A stretch of 52,100 bases of DNA from Anaerolineales bacterium. GTDB taxonomy: Bacteria > Chloroflexota > Anaerolineae > Anaerolineales > E44-bin32. Shown here piece after piece: positions 49,787 through 52,100 of the stretch; within the stretch, counting starts at the first letter, position 1; each line of letters begins with the position of its first letter. The position numbers and the translations under genes were made by a program. The stretch spans positions 1 through 52,100 of the forward strand of contig DATIFK010000216.1 in NCBI GenBank assembly GCA_035455265.1, written 5' to 3'. A model generated the notes under the pieces. It had not been told where the DNA came from. It made no database searches and worked only from the letters and a program-made list of their open reading frames with translations.

Positions 49787-49864
49787 GGGGGCGTAGGCAA
49801 GAACCGGGACCCATCCAAGGCAGAGGTGACCTCCCCCTTCCAGGGAAGAGGGTAGGGTGAGGGT
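49778..49864. repeat. R3-like repeat (two GGGTGAGGG boxes flanking a CCCCTTCC-AGG-GAAGAGGG hairpin)
   Basis: GGAGGGTGAGGGGG contains the metG stop codon. CTCCCCCTTCCAGGGAAGAGGGTAGGGTGAGGG resembles the right half of 42411-42493. Confidence 0.65.
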
Positions 49865-49881
49865 CAACCTTCTTCCAAACA

Positions 49882-49909
49882 GTAGGCGCAGGCTAAAGCC
49901 TGCGCCTAC
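49882..49909. repeat. R1 palindromic repeat copy (perfect hairpin)
   Basis: GTAGGCGCAGGC-TAAA-GCCTGCGCCTAC between convergent genes. Confidence 0.8.
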
Positions 49910-49937
49910 CGCGCATCACGAACGCACGGGAAACAAC

Positions 49938-50735
49938 TCACTCGCCCTTGTAGCTTGGCGTCCGTTTCTCCAGAAACGCCTTCACGCCTTCGCGATGGTC
50001 CTCGGTCCGACCCGCAATCTCCTGCAGATGTGCCTCGTACTCCAGCGCCGCCGGCAGCGACGACAGCATGGCATGGAAGAAGGCGCGCTTCGTCAGACCC
50101 AGCGCTCGCGTCGGGCCGGCCGCCAGAGAGTCTGCCAGCTCGGCCGCGGCCGACGCCAACTGGTCGTCGGGCACGACGCGGTTGACCAGACCGTAGTCAA
50201 GGGCTTGCTCAGCGCTCAGGGGCGAGTTGGTGAAGGCCATCTCGTTGGCGCGCGCCAGCCCCATGAGCAAGGGCAGCATGAGCGACGTGCCCGAGTCGGC
50301 GGTGAGGCCGATCCCGGTGAACGCGAAGACAAACCTGGCGCTGGCGGCGGCGATGCGCACATCGGTTGCCAGGGCCACCCCAAGACCGGCACCGGCCGCG
50401 GCGCCATTGATCGCCCCGATCACCGGCTTGTCGAGACTGCGCATGCGCACGATCAGACGGTTGTAGGTCCGCTCGAGGTGGTGACGGAACGACACGTAAC
50501 CGTTCTTCACGTCCAGGGCGGTCACGTCCTGACCGGCGCTGAAGACGCGTCCGGCCCCCGTCAGCACGATGCAGCGCACGCTGGCGTCGCTCTCGGCCCG
50601 CTTGAACGCTTCCACCAACGCGTCCACGAGCGGCAAATCGAAGGCGTTCGCCTTCGGGCGGTCCAGCGTAAGCGTCAGGACTCCCCCGCGCTGCGCGGTG
50701 TGCAGCGTTTCAGCTTCCGCCATGATGGCCTCCAA
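49938..50735 (-). CDS. Enoyl-CoA hydratase/isomerase (crotonase) family
   Basis: VLTGAGRVFSAGQDV oxyanion-hole motif. 265 aa. Confidence 0.85.
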   Translation of the reverse strand: MEAIMAEAETLHTAQRGGVLTLTLDRPKANAFDLPLVDALVEAFKRAESDASVRCIVLTGAGRVFSAGQDVTALDVKNGYVSFRHHLERTYNRLIVRMRSLDKPVIGAINGAAAGAGLGVALATDVRIAAASARFVFAFTGIGLTADSGTSLMLPLLMGLARANEMAFTNSPLSAEQALDYGLVNRVVPDDQLASAAAELADSLAAGPTRALGLTKRAFFHAMLSSLPAALEYEAHLQEIAGRTEDHREGVKAFLEKRTPSYKGE

Positions 50736-50792
50736 CGAATGGGTCGGGTCTGCTAGAGCGCACCGGGCGCTGGCGCGCCCGGCAGGGGTGTG

Positions 50793-51182
50793 TTACGTGG
50801 TGAGGTCGAAGCCGGTTTCGTCCGGCTCATCGTCGTCGTCATCCGCCTCGAAGTCCACTTCGATCTCGACATCGTCGGCGTCCATGCGCACCCACAGCGT
50901 CAGGACGTGGCCCTCGTCCGCATTCGTCCAGCGCGCCGCCACGACCGGGGCCTGCTGAGTCAGGCCGTCGTCGCCCCGATACTCCAGCTGCACCGCTTGT
51001 CCGTCGCGCCAGGCGCGGTAGCAGCGTTCGACCAGCGCCGGTCCGTTTCCGGTTCGCAGGCGGCACAACGCCACCTGCGGCGCGGTGGGGCCTTCGACCA
51101 GCCCAAGCAGCCACGTATCGCCGACGATCTCGAACGTCGGGGGCGGGCCTTCGATGATCGTGATCTTCTCGACTTCGCGCAC
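50793..51182 (-). CDS. Hypothetical protein with strongly acidic C-terminal tail
   Basis: GTG 51182 lies 5 nt after the upstream stop. Ends DADDVEIEVDFEADDDDDEPDETGFDLTT. No family recognised. Confidence 0.45.
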   Translation of the reverse strand: MREVEKITIIEGPPPTFEIVGDTWLLGLVEGPTAPQVALCRLRTGNGPALVERCYRAWRDGQAVQLEYRGDDGLTQQAPVVAARWTNADEGHVLTLWVRMDADDVEIEVDFEADDDDDEPDETGFDLTT

Positions 51183-51187
51183 GGCGG

Positions 51188-52100
51188 CTATCCTACCACA
51201 CTTCGTCGGGGGGCCAACCGGCCGCGTTCGACGTAGGCGTGGAGCATGTCCGCCAGCGTCTCCTCCAACGGGCGCGGAGCGAGCCCGAGAACCCGGCGCG
51301 CCTGCGATGTGTTGTAGCCCTGCCAGTGGCGCACCGCCCGTAAGTGGTTGCCGATCAGCGCCAGCCACGGGAGCCGGTCGCTCCACCACGCCAGCGCGTC
51401 GATGAGCGGCATCGGCACGCGCAGCCGCGGGGGCGACACTCCCGCCAGGTCGGCCAGCATCTCCATGACCTGGCGCAGCGGCCGATTGTCTCCGCCGAGG
51501 ATGTACCTCTGGCCGGGTTGCCCTCGTTGGACGGCGGCCAGGTGCGCCTGGGCGACATCGCGCACGTCGATCAGGTTGACGATCGTCTCGATCCAGACCC
51601 ACCCCCGACCGCGGGCCGCCATCAGGACGATGCCACCCAGGGTGGGGGTGACATCGCCGGGGCCGACGACGGCCGTCGGATTGAGAATGACGGCCGGCAG
51701 TCCGGCGGCGCAGGCTCGCAGGATCTCGCTTTCCATCGCGAACTTGCCTTCATAGTAGGCCGACGATGCAACCGACCCGGGAACGTAGAGATCACGCTCA
51801 TCCGCATCACGATTCTCGCCCGGCGGCGGATGCCCGATGGTCGTCAGGGTCGAGGTGTAGATCAGGCGCTTGACTCCGGCCCGCCGGGCAGCCTCGACGA
51901 CGTTGCGCGTCTGGAGGATGCCCAAGGCGATGTGTTGTCCCACGCGACCGGAACGCTCGGGGTAGTAGGCGGCGGCGTGAAACACGACCTCCGCCCCTTC
52001 GAACGCCCCCTTGACGGTTTCGGGGAGCATCAGGTCGCCTTCGCGCCAATCGATGGGAAGACCCTGCGTGGCTCCGACGGCGCCGGGACGGCGGCGCAGC
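51188..52100 (-). CDS. NAD-dependent epimerase/dehydratase (extended SDR), N-terminus outside the window
   Basis: The frame stays open to the window edge (…LRRRPGAVGATQGLPIDWREGDLMLPETV). YxxxK present as YYEGK. VVFHAAA motif. Confidence 0.75.
   Translation of the reverse strand, partial: LRRRPGAVGATQGLPIDWREGDLMLPETVKGAFEGAEVVFHAAAYYPERSGRVGQHIALGILQTRNVVEAARRAGVKRLIYTSTLTTIGHPPPGENRDADERDLYVPGSVASSAYYEGKFAMESEILRACAAGLPAVILNPTAVVGPGDVTPTLGGIVLMAARGRGWVWIETIVNLIDVRDVAQAHLAAVQRGQPGQRYILGGDNRPLRQVMEMLADLAGVSPPRLRVPMPLIDALAWWSDRLPWLALIGNHLRAVRHWQGYNTSQARRVLGLAPRPLEETLADMLHAYVERGRLAPRRSVVG

Noticed and set aside
1-52100. Mobile elements, prophage, toxin-antitoxin or known defence systems
   Set aside because: No integrase, transposase, recombinase, phage structural, restriction-modification, Cas or toxin-like ORF was recognisable. 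By eye, composition is uniform apart from the AT-enriched array h, and no tRNA-adjacent island boundary is visible.

Overview
52.1-kb, visibly GC-rich, gene-dense bacterial chromosomal window. I support about 54 CDS and 2 tRNAs. I found no rRNA, CRISPR, transposase, integrase, phage or defence gene. Lipoprotein-rich envelope genes, several apparently leaderless promoters, an AcnX pair, a structured panB leader and a fused cytochrome b suggest a Chloroflexota-like organism; this is inference only. Layout: (i) 1-13 kb is a redox island. The plus strand carries a haem-c-motif sensor kinase, a NarL-type regulator, a receiver-like protein and a decahaem lipoprotein. The minus strand carries a second kinase/regulator pair and a Rieske/cytochrome b operon with two dihaem cytochromes c and a zinc-ribbon membrane protein. 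(ii) 13-21 kb: RNase D, beta-CASP RNase, acyltransferase, glycosyltransferase, tRNA-Ser, PepF, YchF, tRNA-Leu. (iii) 21-25 kb: small operon with bactofilin, DmpA peptidase, an adenosine-specific-kinase family protein and a GYD protein. (iv) 25-36 kb: CoA/pantothenate genes (coaBC, coaX, panC, panE, panB) plus an AcnX large/small subunit pair split by a WD40 lipoprotein gene. (v) 36-44 kb: MFS transporter, extracytoplasmic beta-propeller proteins, PGI/PMI, rsmI, csp. (vi) 45-50 kb is a methionine block: a SAM-I riboswitch in front of a homocysteine methyltransferase/MTHFR fusion, a pterin dehydratase, and metG behind a promoter / leader-ORF / terminator attenuator. The most unusual signal is non-genic. 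Twelve intergenic arrays of CAGT-core heptamers occur, mostly as inverted arms (called H7 below). There are also three families of palindromic repeats (R1-R3); the two copies of R2 differ only by fully compensatory stem changes plus one loop base.
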